Both the position numbers and the translations under genes were made by a program. DNA of 63,961 nt, filler included, from Octopus bimaculoides (taxonomy: Eukaryota): the NCBI RefSeq assembly GCF_001194135.2. It is 8 parts of 6 records of this genome, joined end to end, with 100 filler letters (N's around TTAATTAATTAA, not from the genome) between each part and the next. Parts side by side here need not be neighbours in the genome. Positions count along the whole stretch, not along the records: positions 8,999 to 27,501 come from NC_068985.1; positions 27,602 to 48,073 come from NC_069009.1; 6 more parts are not named here. One strand, 5' to 3'. Shown here piece after piece: positions 26,515-38,589 of this stretch. The notes below the pieces were generated by a model, which worked only from the letters and a program-made list of their open reading frames with translations, made no database searches and was not told the origin of the DNA. The stretch's first letter is position 1, and each line of letters starts with the position of its first letter.

Positions 26515-26815
26515 TGAGGTAATCGTCTTACGATCGTAAGGTTGTGAGTTTCAATTTTGGCGGCGCGCTGTATCCTTGAGTAAGAAGGTTTGTTTCACAT
26601 TGCTCCAGTCCACTCAGCTGGCAAATATTAGTAGTATGTGTAATCAAAATTATCAGCCTTGTCACATACTGTGTCACAATTAATCTTCCAGAGAATGACG
26701 TGAAGAGTATGCCTGTCTCTGGAGTGTTTAGTTACATGCACAGTAATCCCATGAACAGGCTGTGCACTCGATCGGATCATCTCGTGTCCTCACGTCGTAA
26801 CCAACAGCGTGCCAG
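26515..26815 (+). mobile_element. Older SINE with a family-C-like head and the same tail as 23731-24068
   Basis: cttacgatcgtaaggttgtgagtt head, CORE-like middle, shared tail. Confidence 0.7.
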
Positions 26816-27307
26816 TCTTTTTATGTTCATAAATTATTGTCATATTCACGAATAGAAACAAGAATTATGTGTTTTCTAATGCATATTTGAATGAATATGT
26901 ATGCAAACCGTTCAGTAAAGTTACATCATTTCCATATCGACACCACATTTACTGAGGTGTGCAATTTCGTTTAGAATTACTTCACGGGTTTTGTATATTT
27001 TGTCTTCATTTGTATTCAGTGCTATCCTTTCTCGCAAAACTCTACCACACACATCAATAGTCAATATCTATTTCTTTCTTTGTGTAACATGTGCACAAAA
27101 TAAAAAGAACAGCCTGTGGGTATTTATAGTCTGATTCAAGGGATTTACACGGGTATAATTTCTTACGTCACTATCTATAAGTACAATATAGACCACAACT
27201 TTTTACGTTGCATTCTAACATATATGTTAAAGCAGGTTGTGCACATAGGCGCAATTTCATACTCACGTACTCATAAACACACACGCAAATACACACACAC
27301 ACAAACG

Positions 27308-27458
27308 CATTACTTACCAACCACATTGTTCCGGGTTCAGTCTCACTGCGTTGAACCTTGAGCAAGTGTTTTATACTATAGCCTCGAGTCGACCAAAGCT
27401 TTGTGAGGGAATTTGGTAGACAGATACTGAAAGCAGCCCGTCGAATACATACATACAT

Positions 27459-27460
<2 letters not shown>
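27308..27460 (+). mobile_element. SINE family A, 5' half
   Basis: cttaccaaccacattgttccgggttcagtc...aagcagcccgtcg. Confidence 0.85.
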
Positions 27461-27501
<41 letters not shown>

Positions 27502-28113
27502 NNNNNNNNNNNNNNNNNNNNNNNNNNNNNNNNNNNNNNNNNNNNTTAATTAATTAANNNNNNNNNNNNNNNNNNNNNNNNNNNNNNNNNNNNNNNNNNN
27601 NTATATATCATATACACACACTCATGTATATACATACATATATATATTAATGTGTGTGTGTGTGTGTGTGTGTGTGCATATATTCATATGTATATTTATA
27701 CAGAGAAAAATATTTACAAATCCGTATACAGAATCACTGGCAAATATCTATATATGTAAAATACACACAAACACACACACACATGCATATATATATATAA
27801 TACACACTCATTATACACACCAGTGACATCTATATTGAGTTATATAGTTAATGACACATAAACCTTTATGTGCATAAGTTTTATTTGTGAAAACATTCAC
27901 ATCACCGCACAAACGCATGCCCATTTATGCACATATATACACACATATGTATACACACATCCATCCATACATTAATAATCAGGGCATGAGAAATAAAGGG
28001 AGACACATGAAAATGTGTTGTGAGAGGGATCCAGAACTGCCTCCAGATCATTGTGTTTTTCTATACAAACGAACTGTCTCTCTTTCTCACTCTCTCTCTA
28101 TATATATATATAT

Positions 28114-28155
<42 letters not shown>

Positions 28156-29239
28156 GTATATGTGTGTTTGTGTGTGTGTATACATATATATATGTATACA
28201 CATATCTATATGTGTATATGTATGTATGTGTGTACNNNNNNNNNNNNNNNNNNNNNNNNNNNNNNNNNNNNNNNNNNNNNNNNNNNNNNNNNNNNNNNNN
28301 NNNNNNNNNNNNNNNNNNNNNNNNNNNNNNNNNNNNNNNNNNNNNNNNNNNNNNNNNNNNNNNNNNNNNNNNNNNNNNNNNNNNNNNNNNNNNNNNNNNN
28401 NNNNNNNNNNNNNNNNNNNNNNNNNNNNNNNNNNNNNNNNNNNNNNNNNNNNNNNNNNNNNNNNNNNNNNNNNNNNNNNNNNNNNNNNNNNNNNNNNNNN
28501 NNNNNNNNNNNNNNNNNNNNNNNNNNNNNNNNNNNNNNNNNNNNNNNNNNNNNNNNNNNNNNNNNNNNNNNNNNNNNNNNNNNNNNNNNNNNNNNNNNNN
28601 NNNNNNNNNNNNNNNNNNNNNNNNNNNNNNNNNNNNNNNNNNNNNNNNNNNNNNNNNNNNNNNNNNNNNNNNNNNNNNNNNNNNNNNNNNNNNNNNNNNN
28701 NNNNNNNNNNNNNNNNNNNNNNNNNNNNNNNNNNNNNNNNNNNNNNNNNNNNNNNNNNNNNNNNNNNNNNNNNNNNNNNNNNNNNNNNNNNNNNNNNNNN
28801 NNNNNNNNNNNNNNNNNNNNNNNNNNNNNNNNNNNNNNNNNNNNNNNNNNNNNNNNNNNNNNNNNNNNNNNNNNNNNNNNNNNNNNNNNNNNNNNNNNNN
28901 NNNNNNNNNNNNNNNNNNNNNNNNNNNNNNNNNNNNNNNNNNNNNNNNNNNNNNNNNNNNNNNNNNNNNNNNNNNNNNNNNNNNNNNNNNATATATCTAC
29001 GTACACACACATACATACATGCACACTTTTTGGTTTGTGTGTATTTATTGGAGATGGATGCTACGTGGAAAACTAGGAGAAGTTGTCTCCCCTTCCCTTC
29101 CTCTTTCCTCCGACATAATTATGTCCACTCCAACCCATTCCCCCACCCTGGGGCAAATAATCTCCGTTCTTTGCTCTATTATTTCACACTTGGCTGTACT
29201 TTGTGTGTTTTTACATATACTTCTTGGTCACACCTCTGT

Positions 29240-29730
29240 CTGCACCACCACCACAACCACCACTACTATCTCCACTACTACTACCTATCACTACAGCCAC
29301 TACCACCACCACCACCACCACAACCTCTATTACTTCTGCCACCACTACAATGACCATCATTATCATCACCACTGTCACCATCACAGCTGCTACCATAACC
29401 ACCACCATCATGATTACTGCTGCCACTAAAACCCCTACCACTACAACTACTATCTCCATGACCACTACTACCTTCACCTTCACCACTGCAAACACTACCA
29501 CCATTGCCACCATCACTACTGTCACTACTACTATTAGAACTACTCCCACCTTCACTACTACCTCCACCACCATAACTGCCTCCGTCATAACCGCTATGCA
29601 CTACCACCACCATAACTGCCTCCGTCATCACCGCTATGCACCACCACCACCATCGCCATCACCACTACTACTAGAGCAACTACTATCACTGCCACCATCA
29701 CTACCACCACCCCTGCCATGGCCTATACAA
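29240..29730. repeat. Cryptic (CAC/CAT/ACT)n simple-sequence tract
   Basis: Trinucleotide low-complexity tract giving spurious Thr/His/Val-rich ORFs. Confidence 0.9.
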
Positions 29731-29879
29731 CATTAGGTGGTCTCTGTTTGGTCCTTGTACCTTCTAGATAGAGCAGCCAAATCTCCCTCAGATTCTGCAT
29801 TACTATCCTGAAAACTGAAGGATGAATTTTGGATGCTGCAGTCATGATGCTGATTGTAATAATGAGGATGAAATATATA

Positions 29880-30212
29880 GGTGCAGGAGTGGCTGTGTGG
29901 TAAGTAGCTTGCTTACCAACCACATGGTTCCAGGTTCAGTCCCACTGCATGGCATCTCAGGCAAGTGTCTTCTACTATGGCCTCGGACTGACCAAAGCCT
30001 TGTTGAGTGGATTTGGTAGATGGAAACTGGAAGAAGCCCGTCGTATATATATATGGGTGTGTTTGTATGTGTATATGTTTCTGTGTCTGTGTTTATCCCC
30101 CCAACATCGCTTGACAACCAATGCTGGTGTGTTTACGCCCCTGTAACTTAGCAGTTTGGCAAAAAGGACCAATAGAATAAGTACTAGGCTTACAAAGAAT
30201 AAGTCCTTGGGT
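29880..30212 (+). mobile_element. SINE family A, running into a gap
   Basis: Collinear with family A. Confidence 0.9.
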
Positions 30213-30427
30213 NNNNNNNNNNNNNNNNNNNNNNNNNNNNNNNNNNNNNNNNNNNNNNNNNNNNNNNNNNNNNNNNNNNNNNNNNNNNNNNNNNNNNNNN
30301 NNNNNNNNNNNNNNNNNNNNNNNNNNNNNNNNNNNNNNNNNNNNNNNNNNNNNNNNNNNNNNNNNNNNNNNNNNNNNNNNNNNNNNNNNNNNNNNNNNNN
30401 NNNNNNNNNNNNNNNNNNNNNNNNNNN

Positions 30428-30474
<47 letters not shown>

Positions 30475-30475
<1 letters not shown>

Positions 30476-30916
30476 GGTGATAAATTGAATATTAATCAAT
30501 TTAAAACCAAGTGGCCTAGCATATAAAAAAATCTGAAAATTCAGAAAAAATTGTATTACACGTGTATAGGGGATGACCACTAGGTGGACATCCAATATGC
30601 TAGAAAAATAATATTCACAGGAAAAATTTCGCAAAACACTAGAACAGGACAAAATGAGAAATATACAGAATAAAGAATTATTTATGGACTGCAGTTTCGA
30701 ACATTAACGTATAACTTATGAAAACACATCCGTGTTCTCATCAGCATAGACGTTCTAGAATGAATATAATTTGCAGAACTATACGCGAATTGTCTTCATG
30801 AAATAAGACTTGCATATAGTTCTACCGGTTACATTGGGGCTATTTTTCAAAATGCCTCAGCTCTGGCACGCAAAATTCCGGAAACAAGTCTGCAGAGAAT
30901 ATTCAATTTATCACCC
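30475..30916. mobile_element. 442-bp element with 19-bp perfect inverted termini, containing a hammerhead
   Basis: GGGTGATAAATTGAATATT at 30475-30493 and its reverse complement at 30898-30916; the left part recurs at about 59520-59662 in reverse orientation. Confidence 0.65.
30683..30748 (-). ncRNA. Type I hammerhead ribozyme motif, canonical core
   Basis: Minus strand reads UAUG-CUGAUGA-GAACA-[29 nt]-UGUUC-GAAA-C-UGCA-G-UC-CAUA. Stem I UAUG/CAUA, stem II GAACA/UGUUC, palindromic stem III ACUGCAGU, GUC cleavage triplet. Confidence 0.85.
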
Positions 30917-31086
30917 CGTCTATATAAATAATAATCTAAATAGTTATGTTCTCCAGCCGGCAACATATACTGCAGTGAATTATTCTCTGCAGAATATATA
31001 CACACATATATAAGGATTTACTTTTCATAATGAGATAAAAAAAACTAAGGCTGTGTACATTAATTTAGAACATTTATAAATAGAAG

Positions 31087-31134
31087 GTCTTACAGCTGTT
31101 TCCAGGATATTTATTATATCCCTTTATCGGAGAC
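31087..31134 (-). ncRNA. Degenerate second copy of the CCGAUGA hammerhead family
   Basis: GUCU-CCGAUAA-AG-GGAUAU-AAUAA-AUAUCC-UG-GAAA-CAGCUG-UA-AGAC. Stems I and III identical to 2065-2113; carries G8A. Confidence 0.55.
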
Positions 31135-31171
31135 GGTGTGAGAGGATGGTTAAACAATAACTATATTCAAT

Positions 31172-31300
31172 GGATTTCTTTCAGTTCTTGTCTACCAAAT
31201 CCATTCACAAGGATTTTGTCAGCCTAAAGCTATAGTAGAAGACACTTGTCCAAGGTGCCACACAGTGGGACTGAACCTGGAACCATGTAGTTGGGAAGCA
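31172..31300 (-). mobile_element. SINE family A, 5' fragment
   Basis: Reverse complement of the head and CORE region. Confidence 0.75.
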
Positions 31301-31665
31301 AGCTTGTTGTGTATTATATATATGTTTGTATATAGTGCAACACAACAGGAGAATTGTAAGACACATAAAAACAGGTAACCTCCATGAGAGTATTACGCAA
31401 CTATTGCCTAAGTTTATGAAACAGCCTGTAGCCATATGAGAGAGAGAGTAACTGCCTTCTGTATTTATTCATCTGTGTTTGCATTGATATAGACATTTTC
31501 ATACATTTAAACAGAAGAGGAAACGGAGCCATTAACTGAATAAAGAAATCAATACGTAAAGTAGTTCTAAGTATTTATTTAACAGAAGGTGACAACGAAT
31601 TTGAAGTTTTGCCAAAGCTGTTTCTTTTTTTTCCAAACTGTTGGCAGACAAGATACTCATCGCAG

Positions 31666-31740
<75 letters not shown>

Positions 31741-32736
31741 NNNNNNNNNNNNNNNNNNNNNNNNNNNNNNNNNNNNNNNNNNNNNNNNNNNNNNNNNNNN
31801 NNNNNNNNNNNNNNNNNNNNNNNNNNNNNNNNNNNNNNNNNNNNNNNNNNNNNNNNNNNNNNNNNNNNNNNNNNNNNNNNNNNNNNNNNNNNNNNNNNNN
31901 NNNNNNNNNNNNNNNNNNNNNNNNNNNNNNNNNNNNNNNNNNNNNNNNNNNNNNNNNNNNNNNNNNNNNNNNNNNNNNNNNNNNNNNNNNNNNNNNNNNN
32001 NNNNNNNNNNNNNNNNNNNNNNNNNNNNNNNNNNNNNNNNNNNNNNNNNNNNNNNNNNNNNNNNNNNNNNNNNNNNNNNNNNNNNNNNNNNNNNNNNNNN
32101 NNNNNNNNNNNNNNNNNNNNNNNNNNNNNNNNNNNNNNNNNNNNNNNNNNNNNNNNNNNNNNNNNNNNNNNNNNNNNNNNNNNNNNNNNNNNNNNNNNNN
32201 NNNNNNNNNNNNNNNNNNNNNNNNNNNNNNNNNNNNNNNNNNNNNNNNNNNNNNNNNNNNNNNNNNNNNNNNNNNNNNNNNNNNNNNNNNNNNNNNNNNN
32301 NNNNNNNNNNNNNNNNNNNNNNNNNNNNNNNNNNNNNNNNNNNNNNNNNNNNNNNNNNNNNNNNNNNNNNNNNNNNNNNNNNNNNNNNNNNNNNNNNNNN
32401 NNNNNNNNNNNNNNNNNNNNNNNNNNNNNNNNNNNNNNNNNNNNNNNNNNNNNNNNNNNNNNNNNNNNNNNNNNNNNNNNNNNNNNNNNNNNNNNNNNNN
32501 NNNNNNNNNNNNNNNNNNNNNNNNNNNNNNNNNNNNNNNNNNNNNNNNNNNNNNNNNNNNNNNNNNNNNNNNNNNNNNNNNNNNNNNNNNNNNNNNNNNN
32601 NNNNNNNNNNNNNNNNNNNNNATATATATATATATATAACATAATTATGATAATAATACAGGTAAAAACTCAGTTTCATTTATTTTATCAAAATTAAAAT
32701 TAAATTAAGTTTCACAGTATATATAATATATAAATA

Positions 32737-32894
32737 TATAATTTAGAGGAAAGAACCACTATTATTGAATTCATCCATGAAAATCCACACTCACATATAG
32801 AAAAGTTTAATAAGTAAACACTAAATTTTTCTATATGTGACTGTGGATTTTCATGGATGAATTCAAAAATTGTGGTTCTTTTCTCTAAATTATA
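32737..32894. repeat. Fold-back (about 73-bp arms, 12-nt loop)
   Basis: ...gaattcatccatgaaaatccacactcacatatagaaa / tttctatatgtgactgtggattttcatggatgaattc... Confidence 0.9.
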
Positions 32895-33661
32895 TGTTTG
32901 TATACATGTATGTGTGTAGTTATTTAAAGTCTTTTTAATTAATAATTGACAAATTACAGGGTAACTCAAGGGTCTGAAGTTTCATGCATTTGATATGTGC
33001 CATTGCACAAAGCTCTCAGGCCCTGAGTCACTTTCTTACTTCTGACAATTATTAAAAACCTATACATACTCATATGTCAAGTTCTGTTTTGCCTCTGTGT
33101 GTGTATGTTGGAAAAATTAAAGGTGAAGCAGGAAATTGTAGAAGATTCACTTAGCCCTTTCTGATACAGAAAAAATATTGCAAACATAAGTTGGAAAGGG
33201 AAAAATGCAATTATGTTTAATAAATGACTAGTCGTTACCTGTCGCTATGCTGCCGGGTAATGACATACTCAAGATGAAATACATCCTTCAGCTGAAACTT
33301 ACAATAATGGTTTCAAATTGTGCCACAAAAGCAGAAAATTTGGTGACTGGGGATAAGTCGATTTTACTGACCCTAGCGTTTCACTGATGCTTAATTTATC
33401 GACCCCAAAAGGGTGAAGGGCAAAATACTGAAGCTTACAGTAACAATCCCATTGATATGCTCAACATCAACCTGTTTCTTGGAACAAATTGTAATTCTAT
33501 CTTTCACTCTCCCTCCCTCTATCTTTGTCACTGTATTTCTTTTCCAACAATAGGCAAAACCTGTCATCGTAACGAAAGTCTTTTTCTTAAGTCTGTGTTG
33601 TCTGTATGTTGAAAGACATACAGAAACACACACACTCACACACACACAATACATATAGTTG

Positions 33662-33698
<37 letters not shown>

Positions 33699-33934
33699 NN
33701 NNNNNNNNNNNNNNNNNNNNNNNNNNNNNNNNNNNNNNNNNNNNNNNNNNNNTTGACAAACTTGCACTTAAAATTTCCACATCATTAATAAAAACTTGTT
33801 AGTTACTATGGTGACAGCACTATCTCCCTGTCAATTATCTATCTATCTTACATACACACACATACACACTCTCTCTCCCTCTCTCTCAACAACTTTTTCT
33901 CTACCCTTCTTATTATATGTCAGGACAGGAATTA

Positions 33935-34070
33935 GGAGACAAGCACCTCCACCCAGCTAAGCCTGCATCCAGAGACATGTTTCTGAGTCTTTGCTGATAT
34001 CTGATGACGAGCAAAGACTCAGAAACTAGTCTCTGGATGCAGGCTTAGCTGGGTGGAGGTTCTTGTCTCC
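33935..34070. repeat. Fold-back (about 60-bp arms) carrying a partial hammerhead core
   Basis: ggagacaagcacctccacccagctaagcctgcatccagagac... mirrored by ...gtctctggatgcaggcttagctgggtggaggttcttgtctcc. Confidence 0.9.
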
Positions 34071-34195
34071 CCACTGTAAACATAAGGACACAGTAAATGT
34101 GTCATGGCTGACAGGAAGCAGTGCAGTTTCCTAGGTCTAACCAACAGTAGTATTATTCCCTTCAAGGGACTGTCACATTAAATTGACAGCATACA

Positions 34196-34925
34196 ACAAC
34201 ACATGGTTTTGAATTCAGTACCACTGCATGGCACCTTAGGCAAGTGTCTTCTTGGGCTGACCAAAACTTTGTAATTGAATTTTGTAGGCGGAAACTGAAA
34301 GAAGCCCATTATATATATATATATGTGTGTGTGTTTGTTAATAGAATTTTTACTAGGCTTACAAAGAATAAAGTCCTAGGATTGATTTGTGCGACTAAAG
34401 GTGGTGCTCCAGCATGGTCACAGTCAACTGACTGAAACAAGTAAAAGAATAAAAAAATGAGAACTGTAAAGTACTGGTAACAGACGATTACTGTTGATCT
34501 GTTTTAACACAATATAAATAATGCTTTTCTTTTAACAGCTGTAAAACGCTGTTAAGTTCATTTTTATACAAGTGAAATCTCACAATATTATTAACTTAGA
34601 AAGCTACTTGTTTCTTTCTTAAAAGAAATATACAAAATTCAAGTTGTAAATATCAAATCAAAATAAAATTAAATATAAGTACAGGCATGGTTGTGTGGTA
34701 AGAAGCTTGCTTCACAACCACACGGTTCCAGGTTCAGTCCTACTGCATGGCACCTTGGGCCGACCAAAGCCTTGTGAGTGGATTTATTAGATGGAAATTG
34801 ATAAAAGCCCATCGTATATAAGAGTGTGTGTGCACACACACTTATGTCTGTATTTACCACTAGTTTATAACTAGTCTTGGTGTGTTAATGTCTCCCTGAC
34901 TATTGCCAAGCTGCTAAGTTACGGG
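34196..34925 (+). mobile_element. Two internally deleted SINE family A copies (about 34196-34452 and 34681-34925)
   Basis: Recognisable head, middle and tail segments with deletions. Confidence 0.75.
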
Positions 34926-34974
34926 TTGTAAAGCAGTAGTAGCGAACAAATGCAAATACACTGGGCTTCTTTTA

Positions 34975-35211
34975 GTTTCTTATTTCTTTACTGCCCACAA
35001 GGGGCTACACACAGAGGGGATAAACAAGGACAGGCAAATGGATTAAGTCGAATATATCAACCCCAGTGCGTAACTGGTACTTATTTAATCGACCCCGAAA
35101 GGATGAAAGGCAAAGTCGACCTCGGCGGAATTTGAACTCAGGACGTAACAGCAGACGAAATACCGCTAAGCATTTCGCCCGGAATGCTAATGTTTCTGCC
35201 AGATCGTCACC
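34975..35211 (-). mobile_element. tRNA-derived SINE, family D (MetaSINE-like central domain), full length
   Basis: Head aggtgacgatctggcagaaac..., central gtcgactttgcctttcatcctttcggggtcgattaaataagtacc resembling the Meta domain. Confidence 0.85.
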
Positions 35212-35884
35212 TTTTCTTTCAGTCCCTATCTATCTAATCCACTGACAAGGCTTTGGTCAGCCTTGAGGCTGTCGTAGATGACACTTGCCCAAGGTGCCAT
35301 ACAATGGGATTGAATCTGGGAATTGTGAATATAAATCTCTGAATTTCAATATAATTTTGTTTGGAAAATAAAAATTTACATGAAAACTGTAAAATACTGG
35401 TAACATATGGTTACTGTTGATCTGTTTTAACATAACATGAATAATTTTTTTCTTTTAACAGCTGTAAAAAGCTGTTAAATTTATTTTTATGCAAGTAAAA
35501 TCTCAGAATATTAACTTGGAAAGGTACTTGTTTCTTTCTGAAAAGAAATATACAAAATTCATGTTGTTGTAAATATTAAAATCAAAGTAAGATTAAATAT
35601 AGATATTAAATGCAAGAAACGTAAATTAATATGTGTAAAAAGGGGTGAATTGAATGTGTTTTACAAAATTTGAAGTTGCAAATTTTATTTGAAATAGATA
35701 TAAAACGACCAAAGTGCAATAAATATTGTAAGAATAAAATGTGAGGACAGCTGTGTAAAGAAGTACTGATCTCTCACTTTGGAGGAACCTGTGGAAGTGG
35801 TAGACCCAGGAAGGCATGGGAAGAGGTGGTGAAATATGATGTTCAGATGTTGAGTCTGATGGTTGTGATGACAAGAGATCAAAA

Positions 35885-36225
35885 CATTTTGATTATTTGC
35901 TGTGCTTGAGAAGGCACATCAAGCCATGGGAAATCATAGCTGTGGCCAGTGCTGGTGATATGTAAATGGCACCTGTGACAGCGACATGTACAAGGCATGT
36001 GTGCCGGCGGCACATAGAAGCACTCATGCCGGTGGCATGTAAGATGTACCCATTACAACTCTTGGAAGGACTGGCAATAGGAAGGGCATCCAGCTGTAGA
36101 AACCGAGTGAAATCAGACTGGAGCCTGGTGCAGCTCTCTGCTTTGTCAGTTCCAGTCAAACCATCCAACACATGCCAGCATGGAAAACAGACACTGAATG
36201 ATGATGATGATGATGATGATGATTA
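35885..36225 (+). mobile_element. Retroposon family E copy
   Basis: Shares the ggaagggcatccagctgtagaaac block and a (GAT)n tail. Confidence 0.7.
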
Positions 36226-36475
36226 AAAAATGTCTTTTGGTTTTTTTCATACATAATTACCATTCTATTGCTCTTCAGTTCCATCTTCATTGAGTTCCAT
36301 CACCTCCACAACGTATCCACCATTCACTACAACCACTCCTTAACCCTATTCAGTTTCTGCAGTTGTCACCTACTCTTCCCCATTTTTCCTTCTCATCCTC
36401 CAATCAACACTTGTTCTTCATTTTTATCTCTCTTTACTTGTTTCAATCATTAGACTATGACCATCCTGGGGCCCA

Positions 36476-36590
36476 GTCAATTAGATCGACCCCAGTACAC
36501 AACTGGTACTTAATTTATCAATCCTAAAAGGATGAAAGGCAATGTCGACCTCGATCGAATTTGAACTCAGAACATAAAGACAGATGAAAA
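36476..36590 (-). mobile_element. SINE family D fragment
   Basis: Reverse-complement Meta-like core; a similar fragment lies at 33312-33422. Confidence 0.7.
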
Positions 36591-36989
36591 TCTCTGTAAA
36601 AATGTCAGTAGCTATGTAGCTCCTCTAGAGCAAGAAACCTGCACTCCTTGGGCCTCTTCTCTCATACATTAACCCCCTAACCTCCTTGCGTAAAGATGCT
36701 TCACTTGGCTTTTATAGTCTTGCAGACTGTATGGTTACCTCACTAGTGCTGGTGCCAAATAAAAAAAGCTCCCTGTACACTCTGAAAAGTGGTTGGTGTT
36801 AGGAAGGGCATCTAGCTAAAGGAATCATGCTGAAGCTGTCATTGGTGCTTGATGCAGTCTTTGCATCCATTGTCCCACAGCCCATGTGTGATATATTGAT
36901 GCAGGACTTGATCCAACAATTTGTCCTTCATGGTGGACCTTGAAGCAGCACCTTGCCTGTGCCAGCATGGGAAACAAATGGAAGATAAA

Positions 36990-37336
36990 ACAATGGTGAT
37001 GATGGTGATGACAACGATAGTGATTATGCTGATGATGATGTTGATGGTGATTCTGATGATGATGGCAACGATGGTGATGTTGATGGTGACCTGATGATGT
37101 TGATGACAACGATGATGATGCTGATGGTGATTCTGATGATGATGGCAACGATGGTGATGTTGATGGTGACCTGATGATGTTGATGACAATGATGGTGATG
37201 TTGATGATGATGATGATGACGACAACCATGATGATGGTGAGAATGATGATGATGATGATAATGACGATGATGCTGATGATATTGACAGTGGTAATGATGA
37301 AAATGATTATGACAATGAGGATTATGTTGATGATGA
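36990..37336. repeat. (GAT/GGT)n tract with higher-order repeat units
   Basis: Repeated gatgatgttgatggtgattctgatgatgatggcaacgatggtgatgttgatggtgacc blocks. Confidence 0.9.
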
Positions 37337-38240
37337 TCCTAATGATGACAATAACGNNNNNNNNNNNNNNNNNNNNNNNNNNNNNNNNNNNNNNNNNNNN
37401 NNNNNNNNNNNNNNNNNNNNNNNNNNNNNNNNNNNNNNNNNNNNNNNNNNNNNNNNNNNNNNNNNNNNNNNNNNNNNNNNNNNNNNNNNNNNNNNNNNNN
37501 NNNNNNNNNNNNNNNNNNNNNNNNNNNNNNNATAGACAAACATGTATGTATTGAAGTGTGTATTTGTGTATATAGCTATGTGTGAGGGTGTAAATATAAT
37601 TACACACATCTGTGCTGGAGACAATGTAGACATCCTCAAATTAGGTAGGATTGCTGTGTGCAAATTTACAAAGTAAAGGCGATTTGTTGTTGGTTAGGTA
37701 TGTGAAGACAGGAATGTATAATGTGTATTGCTGAAAATAATATAAGAAATTACAAGTTTTAGTCAAGCATAATGTGTATAATATGTTATTGAGAATATAC
37801 TAGTCTACAACCCATCACATATATATTCTTTCTTTTATTTGTTAGAAAAACATAGGTTTTCTTTTAGTTATTTTGGATTAATGTATTTTTTCTTGCAAGA
37901 ACAAATACAATAATCCTAAAATGATAACTAAGAGAAGATCTATGTATGTCTAACGTCTTTTTTGGTTTTTATACCAGTTATTGATGAATACAAATATGAC
38001 TATTATGATTTTCTATCATGAATATCTGAGTCTTTTTGTATGAAACAAATTGTATTGCAACATGAAAAATAAAAACTATGATCCATTTTAACATTTAATC
38101 TCCTCCATTACATAAATATGAATGAATTTGTTGAACTGTGTTTAATAAGTTAAATCATATACTGATTATTCCTATGTATGCATGTATGTATGTATGTATG
38201 TATGTATGTATGTATATATGTATGTGTGTGTATGTATGTA

Positions 38241-38580
38241 TGTGAAGGCGCATGGCTCAGTGGTTAGAGTGTCAAGCTTACAATCGTGAGGTTGTGAGTT
38301 TGAATCCTGGACCGGGCTGCATGTTGTGTTCTTGAGCAAGATACTTTATTTCACGTTGCTCCAGTTCTCTTAGCTGTAGAAATGAGGTGTGACATCACAG
38401 GTGCCAAGCTGTATCGACCCCTTTTGCCTTTCCCTTGGATAACACTGGTGGCGTGGAGAGGGAAAGCCTGTATGCATGAGCGACTGCTGACCTTCCATAA
38501 ACAACTTTGCCCGAACTTGTGCCTGGGAGGGTAACTTTCTAGGTGCAATTCCATGGTCAGTCATGACCGAAGGGGATCTC
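38241..38580 (+). mobile_element. SINE family C, full length
   Basis: Collinear with the reverse complement of 3051-3366. Confidence 0.9.
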
Positions 38581-38589
38581 AGCATGTAT

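Noticed and set aside
29203-29736. Mucin-like Thr-rich and His-rich ORFs
   Set aside because: Cryptic trinucleotide simple repeat open in several frames, with no splice or domain support.
15516-32697. Long ORFs of 200-470 aa in the track
   Set aside because: They consist of X from N-gaps and of YI/TH/VC dipeptide repeats from microsatellites.
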